A DNA stretch of 64,000 nt from Alphaproteobacteria bacterium (GTDB lineage: Bacteria; Pseudomonadota; Alphaproteobacteria; UBA828). Below the pieces are notes generated by a model, which did not search any database, was not told the DNA's origin, and saw nothing but the letters and a program-made list of their open reading frames with translations. Shown here piece by piece: positions 1 through 10,327 of the stretch (the first letter of the stretch is position 1; each line of letters starts with the position of its first letter). The stretch covers positions 2,560,001 through 2,624,000 of the forward strand of contig OZ243972.1 of assembly GCA_965214705.1 (NCBI GenBank), read 5' to 3'. A program made the translations under genes and the position numbers.

Positions 1-3000
1 GCGCACCGCCCCCCAGAGCGCGCTCCCGCGCGCATCTTCCGCCTCGAACACCGCTTTGCGGGTCGCCACGGTGATGCGGCATTGGCAACTGGCCTGGTCC
101 ATCCTGTAGGGCACCAGCGACTGAATCAGGGCGACGAATTGCGAGACCGCCCGCTCGCCGGTCGGGTCCTCCGGATCCCAGTCGCAGAACACATCGATCG
201 CCTGCACGTCCGTCGCCTGCGGCCACGTCTCGACCTCAAAGATGTCGCCTGACGAGAGGCCGTCGAAGGGGATTGGATAGACCGCAGGATCGTCGAGCAA
301 GGTTGCCCAGGCCCCCGCCAGGCTATCGGGCGCCCCCATCACCCAGCGGGGAGCCGGCAGAGGCGTCTCGCTCCTATCGTCCGTGCGCTTCGGCGGCGCC
401 TGAAGCAGCGTCGCGCGCCGGCCCGTCCTCAGCGCGGTCCAGCCCGCGCCGGGCTCGATGATCGCGCCGTCAGCGTGGGAAACCAGCGCCAATCCACCCG
501 CAACCGCCACCTCCCGCCAGAGCCGCCAGTCCTCTGGCGCAAACGCATCCTCATCGTGGTGGAGGAACAGGACTTCCGCCGCACCGGAGCGCAGCAGGCC
601 GGTATCGAGCGCGGAGGCCTGCCGCTCCGCCGGATCGAGGCAGTCGAAGCGCAGCGCGGCGTCTTGCGCATGGAAGGCGTCAAAGCACGTCCGCGCGCCC
701 TCCTCATCGTCGGCGACGAGCCAGAACTCGCTTTGCGTCTCCTCTCGCGATAGATGGTCGACGCACGTCTGAAGCACCGTCTGCTCAGGCTCCCTGGAGC
801 CTGCGAACTCCAATGCGTGGCAGGCACGCATGGCGGCTCCGGTGTCGTCTGCCCGCTCCAGGGCGGCAAGCAGGGCCGATGGCTCGATCTCGCCCTCGGG
901 CAGCCGGTCTGCGATCGCGGGGCCGTCGGCGACGAACTTCGGCTGCCAGGCGATGCGGTGCTTGCTGTGCGGCAGGTCGACCCGCCTGGGATAAGAGATG
1001 AAGGAGATGTACTTCTCGACGTGAAGGCTGAGCGCACCGGTCGCCTCGTCGTAGAAGTTCAACCGGCCGGAAACCCACTCCCCATTGGGAACATTGTATT
1101 GACCCTTGTCATCGACCTCGTACCGCTTGCCGCCGGGATAGGTCAGTTGGCAAACGAGGCGCGGCACCGTCGGCGCGCCCAGGAACGTCACGTTTTCGGC
1201 CCGCAGGGGAATGGCAAAGCGATCAGCGCCGAGCATCAGGTCGTAAAGAAACGACTGCAACCCGCCGTCGAGGAGGGGCGGAAAGGAGACATATCCCTCT
1301 TCTCTTGCTCCTGCCCATAGCGCCTCGTCGACGCCGACATCCAGCAGGAGGCGGCCGGTCTCCCGCTCACGCCTGAGCTTCCGAATATTCCTGAAGTGGG
1401 GGCCGTACTGGAAGGTTTCCCCGAGAACCACTTCGAAACGCTCGTAGATTTCGTCGTCGGCCGCATACTGAAGAGGTTCGTAGCCCGACGTGTTCAGGTC
1501 CGACAGCGTTTCCGGTGCGTCCAGCTCTGGTCGGGCGCTGATCAAACGCACCCTTCCGCTGCAGTGCAGCTCGCTCTTCGGATCAACCTCGTAAGGCAAC
1601 GTCGAAATCTGGAAGGTGAATTCACCGTCAGAATTGGGAACCGGATAAAGGGCTGTTTGCAGCCTGACAGGCGTCCTCGGGATGGGACAGGGCTGCAGAA
1701 ACTCGAGCACGTCGAAATGGACCGGAACGCCGCCGAGAGCCTGCAATATCAGCTCGATATAGCCGGCGGCGGGCATGATCGGCGCGTGATGGACGCGGTG
1801 TTCCGCCAGCCACGGAAAGGCTGCCTCGGAGAGCCGCGCTTCGAACAGGAGGTGATCGCTCGCGATCCGGTGGCCGACCAGCGGGCCGTGCGCGTAGTCG
1901 CTTTGTTTCAGGAAAAACTCGTCGTCCAGCCTGTCGTCGACGATCTTCTGCTCGTCTCTCGGGTGCCCCGGCAGTAGATGGACGATGGGGTCGGGGCGCG
2001 GATACTGCGCCGCGAAGTCCAGAGACACGCCCGTTTTGAAGAGGTTGCCCAGGGCCTCATGAAAGCCGAGGCAGGTATCGGTGTCCCGCATCAGCGTCGG
2101 AATGGAAACGGGCGGCGATACGGCGTCTTCCACGCACTGCGCGACGATGGGCTGCAGGGCCGAGTGAGGCGCGAGCTCCAGCACCACGTCGGGCCGGTGG
2201 TCGCGCTTGACCGTCTCCATCGCTGCTGCGAAGCGGACCGGATGGCGGATGTTGGACCACCAGTAGGCGCTGTCCAGCCGCGCCGTCTCGGCACCCGTCA
2301 CCGACGAGATGAAGGGCACGTCGGCGTCGAAGTGGAGATCGTTGAGGAAGGAGAGCGCGTCGAAAGCATCGTCGTTGATGGCGTCCATCGCCCGGGAGTG
2401 GAAGGCGATGTTGCCCGGGATCAGCCGGTTCTGGAGGCTGCGCCGGTCCAGTTCCTCGATCACCGGCTGCAGGTCGTCTCCACGACCGCAGATCACCGTG
2501 TTCGCCGGTGCGTTCTCGCAGGCGATCTCGACCTGAATGGGCCGGTCGCCGTCTAGGCGGAAGGGAATGTCCAGCCCGTCCAACAAATCCTCGACGCCCG
2601 GCCGGTCGAGGCCGATCGCCAGCATGCGGCCGGACCCGGCCACGCGCTGCTGCAGGGTGGCACGGTGGTAGACCAGGCGCGTCGCATCGACGAGCGAAAG
2701 CGCGCCGCACGCGTACGCCGCGGCCACCTCGCCGGAGCTGTGTCCCACCACGCAGTCGGGATAGACGCCCCAGGTCTTGAACAATTCCACCAGCGCGCAC
2801 TGAATCATGAAGATAGCGGGCTGGGCGAGTTGAACTTCGTCGAGCGCCGATTGGGGAGCCGTGAAGCAGGCCTCGCGCAACGAAGTGCTCGCGTGCGTGC
2901 GCCAATGCTCGTCGATGGCATCGATGGCGCGGCGGAAGACAGGATGGGCCTCGTAGAGGTCGCGCCCGCAACCGGCCCACTGCGTCCCTTGCCCGGCGAA

Positions 3001-4626
3001 CACCATGACCAGCCGACGCTCGCCCTCCTCCGCCGTGGCGATGGGGGCTTCCTCTTCCACGAAGGTGTCTAGCGCCCCGGTCAGATCGGGCAGACTGCGC
3101 GCCGCGAACGCGGTCCGTGCGGCGAAATGGGTGCGGCGGCGGCTGAGATTGCCGGCCAGCGCGTAGAGGTCCAGCGGCTGCTCGTCGAGCAGGTGGCGCA
3201 ACCGGCGCGCGCTCTCTGTCAGCGCCTTGGGCGTGCGTGCCGAGAGCGGGACCATGAAACCCGCTTGCGGCGCCAGCGGCATCGACCAGAGCCTGGGCAA
3301 TGCCGGCCGGTACTCGCGCACCACGCAGTGGCCGTTGGCGCCGCCGAAGCCGAACGAGTTGATCCCGACGGCCACGGGATGGTCGGGGAACGACTCGCAT
3401 TCCGTCTGCACCTGCATGGGGCAGGAATCGAAGTCGATCTCCGGATTGGGCACCTGGAAGTTGCTCGATGTCGGCGCGAAGGTGCGCCGCTGCATCATCA
3501 GAACGACCTTGAGCAGGGCGCAATGGAAGGCAGCAGCCTCCATGTGTCCCACGTTGCTCTTGACGCTTGACACGCGCAGCGGGACTTCGCGCTCGAAACC
3601 ACCGAAGGCCTCGGCGATGGCGTTGCCCTCAATGGGGTCGCCGACAGCGGTCCCGGTCGCGTGCGCCTCGATGTAGTCGAAGTCGAGAGGAGCGAGGCCG
3701 GCGCGGGCAGAGGCCTCGCGCATCAGCGCCACCTGGCCGTGGTGGGTGGGCGCGCTGATGAAACGGCCGGGCGCGAGGCCGGGAGTGCCGTCAGCCGTCC
3801 CTGCCGCATTGACCGCGGTCGCCTCGATCACGGCGTAGATCGGGTCCCCGTCCCGCTCGGCCGCCGCCAGGGGCTTGATGGCAAAGACGAACGAGCCTTC
3901 GGAGCGCATGTAGCCGTTGGCTTCGGCATCGAAGGAATGGCACTTGCCCTCCGGGCTGATGACCCCCATGAGGTTGAAGCCGCTGCTCATCCTGGCGCTG
4001 CCCAGATAGGTGACGGCGCCGACCAGCGCCTGGTCACAATCGCCGCACGCCAGCGCGTTCATCGCCGCGTGCAGGGCGCTCATGCCGGCGGAGCACGCCG
4101 TGCAATAGGTCGCGGACGATCCCATGAGGTTGAAGTGATAGGAGACCCGATTGGCCAGCATCGCGAGGCTGATGCCGGAGACGGAATTCTCCGTGACGCC
4201 ATGCTGCGGCCGCCAGTTGGACACGGCCGGAACCTGAGAGCCGATGAAGACCCCGGTGGGGCTGTTGCGCAAGGAGTGAAGATCCCAGCCGGCGTGCTCG
4301 ATGGCCTCCCACGCGCAATTCAGCAGCATCCTGACCTGCGGCTCGGTCTGCCGCAGCTCGTTGTGGGACATGCCGAAGAACGCGCGGTCGAAGAGCAACT
4401 CCTCTTCGTCTCGGATCAGCCCCTCGTAAGGGCTCGCGAGGCGCCCCGGGCCCGAGAATTCACCGATGGGCAGATGACCCTTGCCGTAGCGATCGGTGAT
4501 CGGCTCCTGGACGATCTCGCGCTCGGCGAGCAGGCGCCAGAAATCAGAGTCCGAGTGAATGCCGCCGGGCAACCGGTAGCCATACCCGGTGATTGCAACT
4601 CCGTCGCTGATGTCGTAAGCGCCCAT
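1..4626 (-). CDS. Reducing type I polyketide/fatty-acid synthase (KS-AT-DH-linker-KR structural part), truncated at window edge, >=1542 aa
   Basis: Manually translated from ATG at 4626; frame stays open to base 1. KS: YCTACSAG, EAHATGT, VKSNVGHMEAAA, NSFGFGGAN. AT: FAGQGTQW, GHSSG, AFHS. DH: EHRVHHAPIMPAAG, LLDGGLQ. Ends SALWGAVR. Absent from the ORF track because there is no stop in the window. Confidence 0.92.
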   Translation of the reverse strand, partial: MGAYDISDGVAITGYGYRLPGGIHSDSDFWRLLAEREIVQEPITDRYGKGHLPIGEFSGPGRLASPYEGLIRDEEELLFDRAFFGMSHNELRQTEPQVRMLLNCAWEAIEHAGWDLHSLRNSPTGVFIGSQVPAVSNWRPQHGVTENSVSGISLAMLANRVSYHFNLMGSSATYCTACSAGMSALHAAMNALACGDCDQALVGAVTYLGSARMSSGFNLMGVISPEGKCHSFDAEANGYMRSEGSFVFAIKPLAAAERDGDPIYAVIEATAVNAAGTADGTPGLAPGRFISAPTHHGQVALMREASARAGLAPLDFDYIEAHATGTAVGDPIEGNAIAEAFGGFEREVPLRVSSVKSNVGHMEAAAFHCALLKVVLMMQRRTFAPTSSNFQVPNPEIDFDSCPMQVQTECESFPDHPVAVGINSFGFGGANGHCVVREYRPALPRLWSMPLAPQAGFMVPLSARTPKALTESARRLRHLLDEQPLDLYALAGNLSRRRTHFAARTAFAARSLPDLTGALDTFVEEEAPIATAEEGERRLVMVFAGQGTQWAGCGRDLYEAHPVFRRAIDAIDEHWRTHASTSLREACFTAPQSALDEVQLAQPAIFMIQCALVELFKTWGVYPDCVVGHSSGEVAAAYACGALSLVDATRLVYHRATLQQRVAGSGRMLAIGLDRPGVEDLLDGLDIPFRLDGDRPIQVEIACENAPANTVICGRGDDLQPVIEELDRRSLQNRLIPGNIAFHSRAMDAINDDAFDALSFLNDLHFDADVPFISSVTGAETARLDSAYWWSNIRHPVRFAAAMETVKRDHRPDVVLELAPHSALQPIVAQCVEDAVSPPVSIPTLMRDTDTCLGFHEALGNLFKTGVSLDFAAQYPRPDPIVHLLPGHPRDEQKIVDDRLDDEFFLKQSDYAHGPLVGHRIASDHLLFEARLSEAAFPWLAEHRVHHAPIMPAAGYIELILQALGGVPVHFDVLEFLQPCPIPRTPVRLQTALYPVPNSDGEFTFQISTLPYEVDPKSELHCSGRVRLISARPELDAPETLSDLNTSGYEPLQYAADDEIYERFEVVLGETFQYGPHFRNIRKLRRERETGRLLLDVGVDEALWAGAREEGYVSFPPLLDGGLQSFLYDLMLGADRFAIPLRAENVTFLGAPTVPRLVCQLTYPGGKRYEVDDKGQYNVPNGEWVSGRLNFYDEATGALSLHVEKYISFISYPRRVDLPHSKHRIAWQPKFVADGPAIADRLPEGEIEPSALLAALERADDTGAAMRACHALEFAGSREPEQTVLQTCVDHLSREETQSEFWLVADDEEGARTCFDAFHAQDAALRFDCLDPAERQASALDTGLLRSGAAEVLFLHHDEDAFAPEDWRLWREVAVAGGLALVSHADGAIIEPGAGWTALRTGRRATLLQAPPKRTDDRSETPLPAPRWVMGAPDSLAGAWATLLDDPAVYPIPFDGLSSGDIFEVETWPQATDVQAIDVFCDWDPEDPTGERAVSQFVALIQSLVPYRMDQASCQCRITVATRKAVFEAEDARGSALWGAVR

Positions 4627-4964
4627 GCAAACAAGCCCCGATAAACAGCATCATTGACGCAGCACTTGCGTCCATTTCAACACAAGTCGGTAATGCCAAA
4701 TTTCCGACTTGTGTCAGGCAATTGTACCGCGTTCCAGGTCTTTTCGATTGCACCTCCTCGCGCGATTCGAACCCCCATGTTGGAATCGTATAGCCAACAC
4801 CGCCATCAACTCCAATATCGATTTCTTGGTTGTTCCATAAGTATCGCTGATCGCGGACGGGGAGCGCGACCGCGGCTCCCGGCAGTGTCAGGGCACCGAC
4901 AGTCGGCGCTTGTGTGCCCCCGGTCTCCTCCCGTATCACACTCCTGCGTGGCGTGGAGGCGCCC

Positions 4965-6101
<1,137 letters not shown>

Positions 6102-6135
6102 CCGCGCGTGCACAGGTGGCGAGCACGGACGGGTC

Positions 6136-6172
6136 TTGACGGACGCGGTCTTGTCCGTATCTAATCCGTACA
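6136..6172 (+). promoter_or_regulatory. Putative TA promoter and operator
   Basis: TTGACG at 6136 and imperfect palindrome TGTCCGTATCTAATCCGTACA (6152-6172) just upstream of the antitoxin. Confidence 0.45.
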
Positions 6173-6198
6173 TCTCACTTGAGGTCGAGGAGGGTACC

Positions 6199-6477
6199 AT
6201 GCCGGCGACTGCGGCACCGCGCGGAGAGCGGATCGAGCTTCGAGCGACCAGCGAGGAGAAGCGGCTGCTGGCCGCCGCCGCCGCTCACGAGCGACTGGAC
6301 CTCACCAGCTTCATCATGCGCAATGCGCTGCCCGCCGCGCGGGAGGTGGTGGATCGCGCGGAGCGCATCGTTCTCTCCGAGCGCGATAGCGAGCGTGTGC
6401 TGGCGCTGCTGGAGTATCCGCCCGAGCCGACGCCTGTGCTGATGGCAGCCGCGCGGCGGCGTTCTGCCCGCGCGTAG
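6199..6477 (+). CDS. DUF1778 (TacA-like) RHH antitoxin
   Basis: RIELRATSEEKRLL...LTSFIM...IVLSERD...PPEPTP; GAGGAGG RBS. Confidence 0.88.
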   Translation: MPATAAPRGERIELRATSEEKRLLAAAAAHERLDLTSFIMRNALPAAREVVDRAERIVLSERDSERVLALLEYPPEPTPVLMAAARRRSARA

Positions 6478-6482
6478 CCCCC

Positions 6483-7013
6483 TTGCTGGACTGGCGGGAA
6501 GAGCCGATCGGCCGCCATCACGACCGCAGATGCTTCGATTGCGGGGTCGAGGACCTCAACATCTATCTCAGCCGCTACGCCCGGCAGAACCACGAGTCAG
6601 GCGGCGCCAAGACCTTTGTCGCCGTGCCCGCGGCGGAACCGGCCCGTGTTCTCGGCTTCTATACAATCAGCCCCGGCGCCATCGCGTTCGCCGACGTGCC
6701 CGGCGCCTTGACCAGAAAGCTCGGCCGCTACGATGTGCCTGTCTTTCGCCTCGGGCGCCTCGCGATCGATCGATCCGTGCAGGGCAGGGGGCTCGGAGGC
6801 GACCTGCTACTGGCCGCCAGCGTGCGGGCTCTTGCCGTTGCCGCAGAGGTGGGGGGCGTTGCTCTTGCCATCGATGCAAAGGACCGGAGCGCGGTGCGAT
6901 GGTATGAGCGTTTCGGCGCCATGCCCCTGCTCGACGATCCACTCAAGCTCATCCTGCCCCTCGCCGTCATCGCCGAGGCGGTCTCCGCAGAGAGCTTGCC
7001 AGAAGGCGGCTAA
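6483..7013 (+). CDS. GNAT acetyltransferase toxin (TacT/AtaT-like)
   Basis: FDCGVEDLNIYL, LGRLAIDRSVQGRGLG, IDAKD...WYERFG; directly downstream of DUF1778. Confidence 0.88.
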   Translation: MLDWREEPIGRHHDRRCFDCGVEDLNIYLSRYARQNHESGGAKTFVAVPAAEPARVLGFYTISPGAIAFADVPGALTRKLGRYDVPVFRLGRLAIDRSVQGRGLGGDLLLAASVRALAVAAEVGGVALAIDAKDRSAVRWYERFGAMPLLDDPLKLILPLAVIAEAVSAESLPEGG

Positions 7014-7059
7014 TCCGGGTCCACTGCGCCGGGCTTCCCTCAACCGCGAAGGTTACCCC

Positions 7060-8205
7060 ATGACGCTCACCGCCAACTGGTCCTATCCCACTGCCATCCG
7101 CTTCGGCGCAGGCCGCGTTGCCGAGCTGCCGGCCGCCTGTGCCGACGCCGGCATCCAAAGGCCGCTCTTCGTGACCGACCGCGGCTTGGCCTCGCTGCCC
7201 ATGACGCAGGCCGCACTCGACATCCTGGAGGAAAGCGGTCTCGGTCGCGCGGCCTTCACCGAGGTCGACGCCAATCCCACCGACAAGAACCTCGATGCCG
7301 GCGTCGCCGCCTTTCGCGAAGGCGGCCATGACGGCGTGGTTGCCTTTGGCGGCGGCTCGGCGCTCGACCTCGGCAAGATGGTCGCCTTCATGGCCGGCCA
7401 GACCCGCCCGGTCTGGGACTTCGAGGACGTGGGCGACTGGTGGACCCGCGCGGACGCGGACGCTATCGCGCCGAGCGTGGCAGTGCCCACCACCGCCGGC
7501 ACCGGGTCCGAGGTGGGCCGCGCCAGCGTCGTCACCAACTCCGAGACGCGGGTGAAGAAAATTATTTTTCACCCAAATGTGCTGCCCGTGGTGGTCATCT
7601 CCGACCCCGAGCTCACCGTCGGCATGCCGAAGCCGATCACGGCGGGCACGGGGATGGACGCCCTGGCTCACTGCCTGGAGGCCTATTGCTCGCCCTTCTA
7701 TCACCCGATGGGGCAGGGCATCGCGCTGGAGGGGATGCGCCTCGTCCACGAAAACCTGTGCCGCGCCTACGCCGATGGAGGCGACCTAGAGGCACGCGGC
7801 CACATGATGGCCGCCGCCAGCATGGGAGCCACGGCGTTCCAGAAGGGCCTCGGCGCGATCCATGCGCTGAGCCACCCGGTGGGCGCGGTGTTCGACACTC
7901 ACCACGGCACCACCAACGCCTGTGTCATGCCCTACGTGCTCGACATGAACCGGCCTGCGGTGGAGGAAAGGCTCACGCATGCCGCCGCCTATCTCGGGAT
8001 CAAGGGCGGCTATATGGGCTTCCACGAGCGTGTGCTGGAGCTGCGCGAGACGCTGGGCATCCCTAAGACGCTGAGCGCGATGGGCGTCACCGCCGACCGC
8101 CTCGACGACCTCACTCGGATGGCCCTCGACGACCCCACGGCCGGCGGCAACCCGGTGCCCATGACGGCGGAGAACACGCGGGCGCTATTGGAGGCGTGTT
8201 TCTAG
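7060..8205 (+). CDS. Iron-containing alcohol dehydrogenase
   Basis: NWSYPTAIRFG, GGGSALD, PTTAGTGSE, DALAH, HALSH, HHG; true start 7060 rather than 6733. Confidence 0.92.
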   Translation: MTLTANWSYPTAIRFGAGRVAELPAACADAGIQRPLFVTDRGLASLPMTQAALDILEESGLGRAAFTEVDANPTDKNLDAGVAAFREGGHDGVVAFGGGSALDLGKMVAFMAGQTRPVWDFEDVGDWWTRADADAIAPSVAVPTTAGTGSEVGRASVVTNSETRVKKIIFHPNVLPVVVISDPELTVGMPKPITAGTGMDALAHCLEAYCSPFYHPMGQGIALEGMRLVHENLCRAYADGGDLEARGHMMAAASMGATAFQKGLGAIHALSHPVGAVFDTHHGTTNACVMPYVLDMNRPAVEERLTHAAAYLGIKGGYMGFHERVLELRETLGIPKTLSAMGVTADRLDDLTRMALDDPTAGGNPVPMTAENTRALLEACF

Positions 8206-8288
8206 GCTCCCGCCGGGGCGCCAAGGCGTCGGCGGCGTTCCACCGCCGACACTGGCCTTGGCCGTTTACGCCCGCTACCGTGCGGCCG

Positions 8289-9296
8289 ATGCCGGCAGCG
8301 CCGCCAGAGAATAAGAACGCCAACCAAGGCGGCGCGCCGGATGGAGGCACGGCCGACACGGGGCGTCTGCGCGGGCGCGCCCTGGTCGTGCCGACGCTGC
8401 TCCTCCTCCTCGGCGGTATCTCCTACGGCGGTATCTTCTCGGCCAACAAGCTCGCGGCCGGGGTTTCCTTCCCCGTCTTTGCCTATACCTTCTGGATCGC
8501 GCTCTTCGCCGGCCTCGCGCTGCTGATGGTGTGTGCCGTCACCCGCAATCTGCCGCCCGTAAGTCGGGCGCACCTCCTGCAATATCTCCGCCTCGCCCTG
8601 CTCGCGGTGATGCTGCCGGTGCTGGCGACCGCCTTCGCCGCGCGCGAGCTGCCGGCCGGAGTCATCACCCTGGTGCTCACCCTGGTGCCGGGGGTCACTT
8701 ATCTGATGTCCTTCGCCATACGGATGGAGCGCTTCGAGGCGCTGAGCCTCGCAGGCCTCGCCCTCGGCGCAGGCGGCGTGCTGCTGATCGTGTTGCCCGA
8801 GCAGAGCCTGCCGGACGCCGGCGCCTGGGTCTGGATGCTGGTCGCGCTGGTGGCGGCTATCGCCGCGGCGGGCTCCAACGTCGTGGCCGCCGCCTACCGC
8901 CCGCCGCAGACGCATTCGCTCGCGCTCGCCTGCGGCATCCTGCTCGCCGCTGCGGTGGTGATGCTGCCGGTGATGCTGGTGGCGGACGGTCCCTATCTCT
9001 TCGCCGACGCGGGCTGGCCGGGCATTGCCGGCATGGCCTGGGCTGCGGCGATCCACTGCGTCACCTTCTACTGCTTCCAGGAGGTGACGCGGCGCGCCGG
9101 CGCGGTCTTCTTCGCGCAGTTCAACTACTTGGTGGTCGCCGCCGGCATCTTCTGGGCGCTCCTGCTCTTCAATGAAACGCTCAGCATCTGGGTGTGGGCG
9201 GCGCTCGGGTGCATGGTGGTCGGCATCTGGCTGGTCAACACCGGAGCCCGGCGCCGCACGGCCGGTGCCCCGCGGCGCGCAGAGGGCGCCTCGTGA
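8289..9296 (+). CDS. DMT/EamA family transporter
   Basis: About 10 hydrophobic segments; RRAGAVFFAQFNY...LFNE; start approximate. Confidence 0.82.
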   Translation: MPAAPPENKNANQGGAPDGGTADTGRLRGRALVVPTLLLLLGGISYGGIFSANKLAAGVSFPVFAYTFWIALFAGLALLMVCAVTRNLPPVSRAHLLQYLRLALLAVMLPVLATAFAARELPAGVITLVLTLVPGVTYLMSFAIRMERFEALSLAGLALGAGGVLLIVLPEQSLPDAGAWVWMLVALVAAIAAAGSNVVAAAYRPPQTHSLALACGILLAAAVVMLPVMLVADGPYLFADAGWPGIAGMAWAAAIHCVTFYCFQEVTRRAGAVFFAQFNYLVVAAGIFWALLLFNETLSIWVWAALGCMVVGIWLVNTGARRRTAGAPRRAEGAS

Positions 9297-9373
9297 TCGG
9301 CGCCGCATGCCCGATCGCGCTCACGGCTACGGTGCCTGCTACAATCGGCGGTACATAGCGATCCTGGAGGCGA

Positions 9374-10327
9374 GTGGTGCGCGCGATCTTCTTCGACTGT
9401 CCTTCCTTCCTGGCCGAGCTCTACGACGACGAGCTCAAGGCGATTGTCCCCGATCTGGCCATGACCATCGACGACGTGCCGGGCGATGACGTTGCGGCCT
9501 ACGTCGGCGATGCGGTCGGCGTCATCAACGACCACACCTACATGACGGAGGAGGTGCTCGCCGCCTGCCGCGCGTTGAAGGTCATTGTCTTCATGGGCAC
9601 CGGCGCCTCGAGCTACATCGACGTGGCGGCGACGCAAAAGCTCGGCATCGAGGTGCGCACCATCAAGGGCTACGGCGACGTCACGGTGGCCGAGCACGCG
9701 CTCGCGCTGATGTTCGATTGCGGCCGCCAGACCGCGCGGATGGACCGCGCGCTGCGCGGCGGCTCGTGGCGCACGCTGGACGGCGTCGAGTTCGCGGGCA
9801 AGACCCTGGGCGTGGTCGGCACCGGCGGCGTCGGCCGCGAGATGGTGCGCCTCGGCAACGGGATTGGCATGAACGTCATCGCCTGGAACCGGAGCGGCGT
9901 ACCCGCCGACCTCCCGTGCCAGGCGGCGGAGACCCTCGACGCGCTGCTCGGAGAGTCCCACGTTGTCTCGCTTCATCTCGGCCTCAACGACGAGACCAGG
10001 GGCATCATCGACGCGCGCCGCCTCGCCCTGATGCGCCCCGGCGCCATGCTCATCAACACCGCGCGCGGCGCCGTCATCGACGAGGCGGCCCTGATCGAGA
10101 CCATGCAGGCCGGCAGGATCCGGGCAGCCGGCCTCGATGTTTTCGCCGACGAGCCAATCGACGGGACTCATCCCCTGGCGCAACTGGAGAACGTGACGCT
10201 GACGCCCCACGCCGCCTTCATGACCGCCGAGGCCTCCTACCGCCTGTTGCGCATGGCACTGGAGCTGATGCGCGACGCGCTGGATGGCCTGGGCCTGCCG
10301 GCGCCAAGCGCAGGCGGCGGCGCATGA
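9374..10327 (+). CDS. D-2-hydroxyacid/phosphoglycerate dehydrogenase family
   Basis: GTGGVG, LINTARG, GLDVF..EP, TPHAA; stop overlaps next start (ATGA). Confidence 0.9.
   Translation: MVRAIFFDCPSFLAELYDDELKAIVPDLAMTIDDVPGDDVAAYVGDAVGVINDHTYMTEEVLAACRALKVIVFMGTGASSYIDVAATQKLGIEVRTIKGYGDVTVAEHALALMFDCGRQTARMDRALRGGSWRTLDGVEFAGKTLGVVGTGGVGREMVRLGNGIGMNVIAWNRSGVPADLPCQAAETLDALLGESHVVSLHLGLNDETRGIIDARRLALMRPGAMLINTARGAVIDEAALIETMQAGRIRAAGLDVFADEPIDGTHPLAQLENVTLTPHAAFMTAEASYRLLRMALELMRDALDGLGLPAPSAGGGA

Noticed and set aside
273-4644. Many ORF-track entries over the PKS (e.g. 2057-3523 minus, 3661-4644 plus)
   Set aside because: Shadow frames of the long PKS ORF in GC-rich DNA; Arg/Pro/Gly-rich with no motifs
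9718-10323. 202-aa N-terminal extension of the fused hydantoinase
   Set aside because: Overlaps the dehydrogenase gene; family homology starts at 10324
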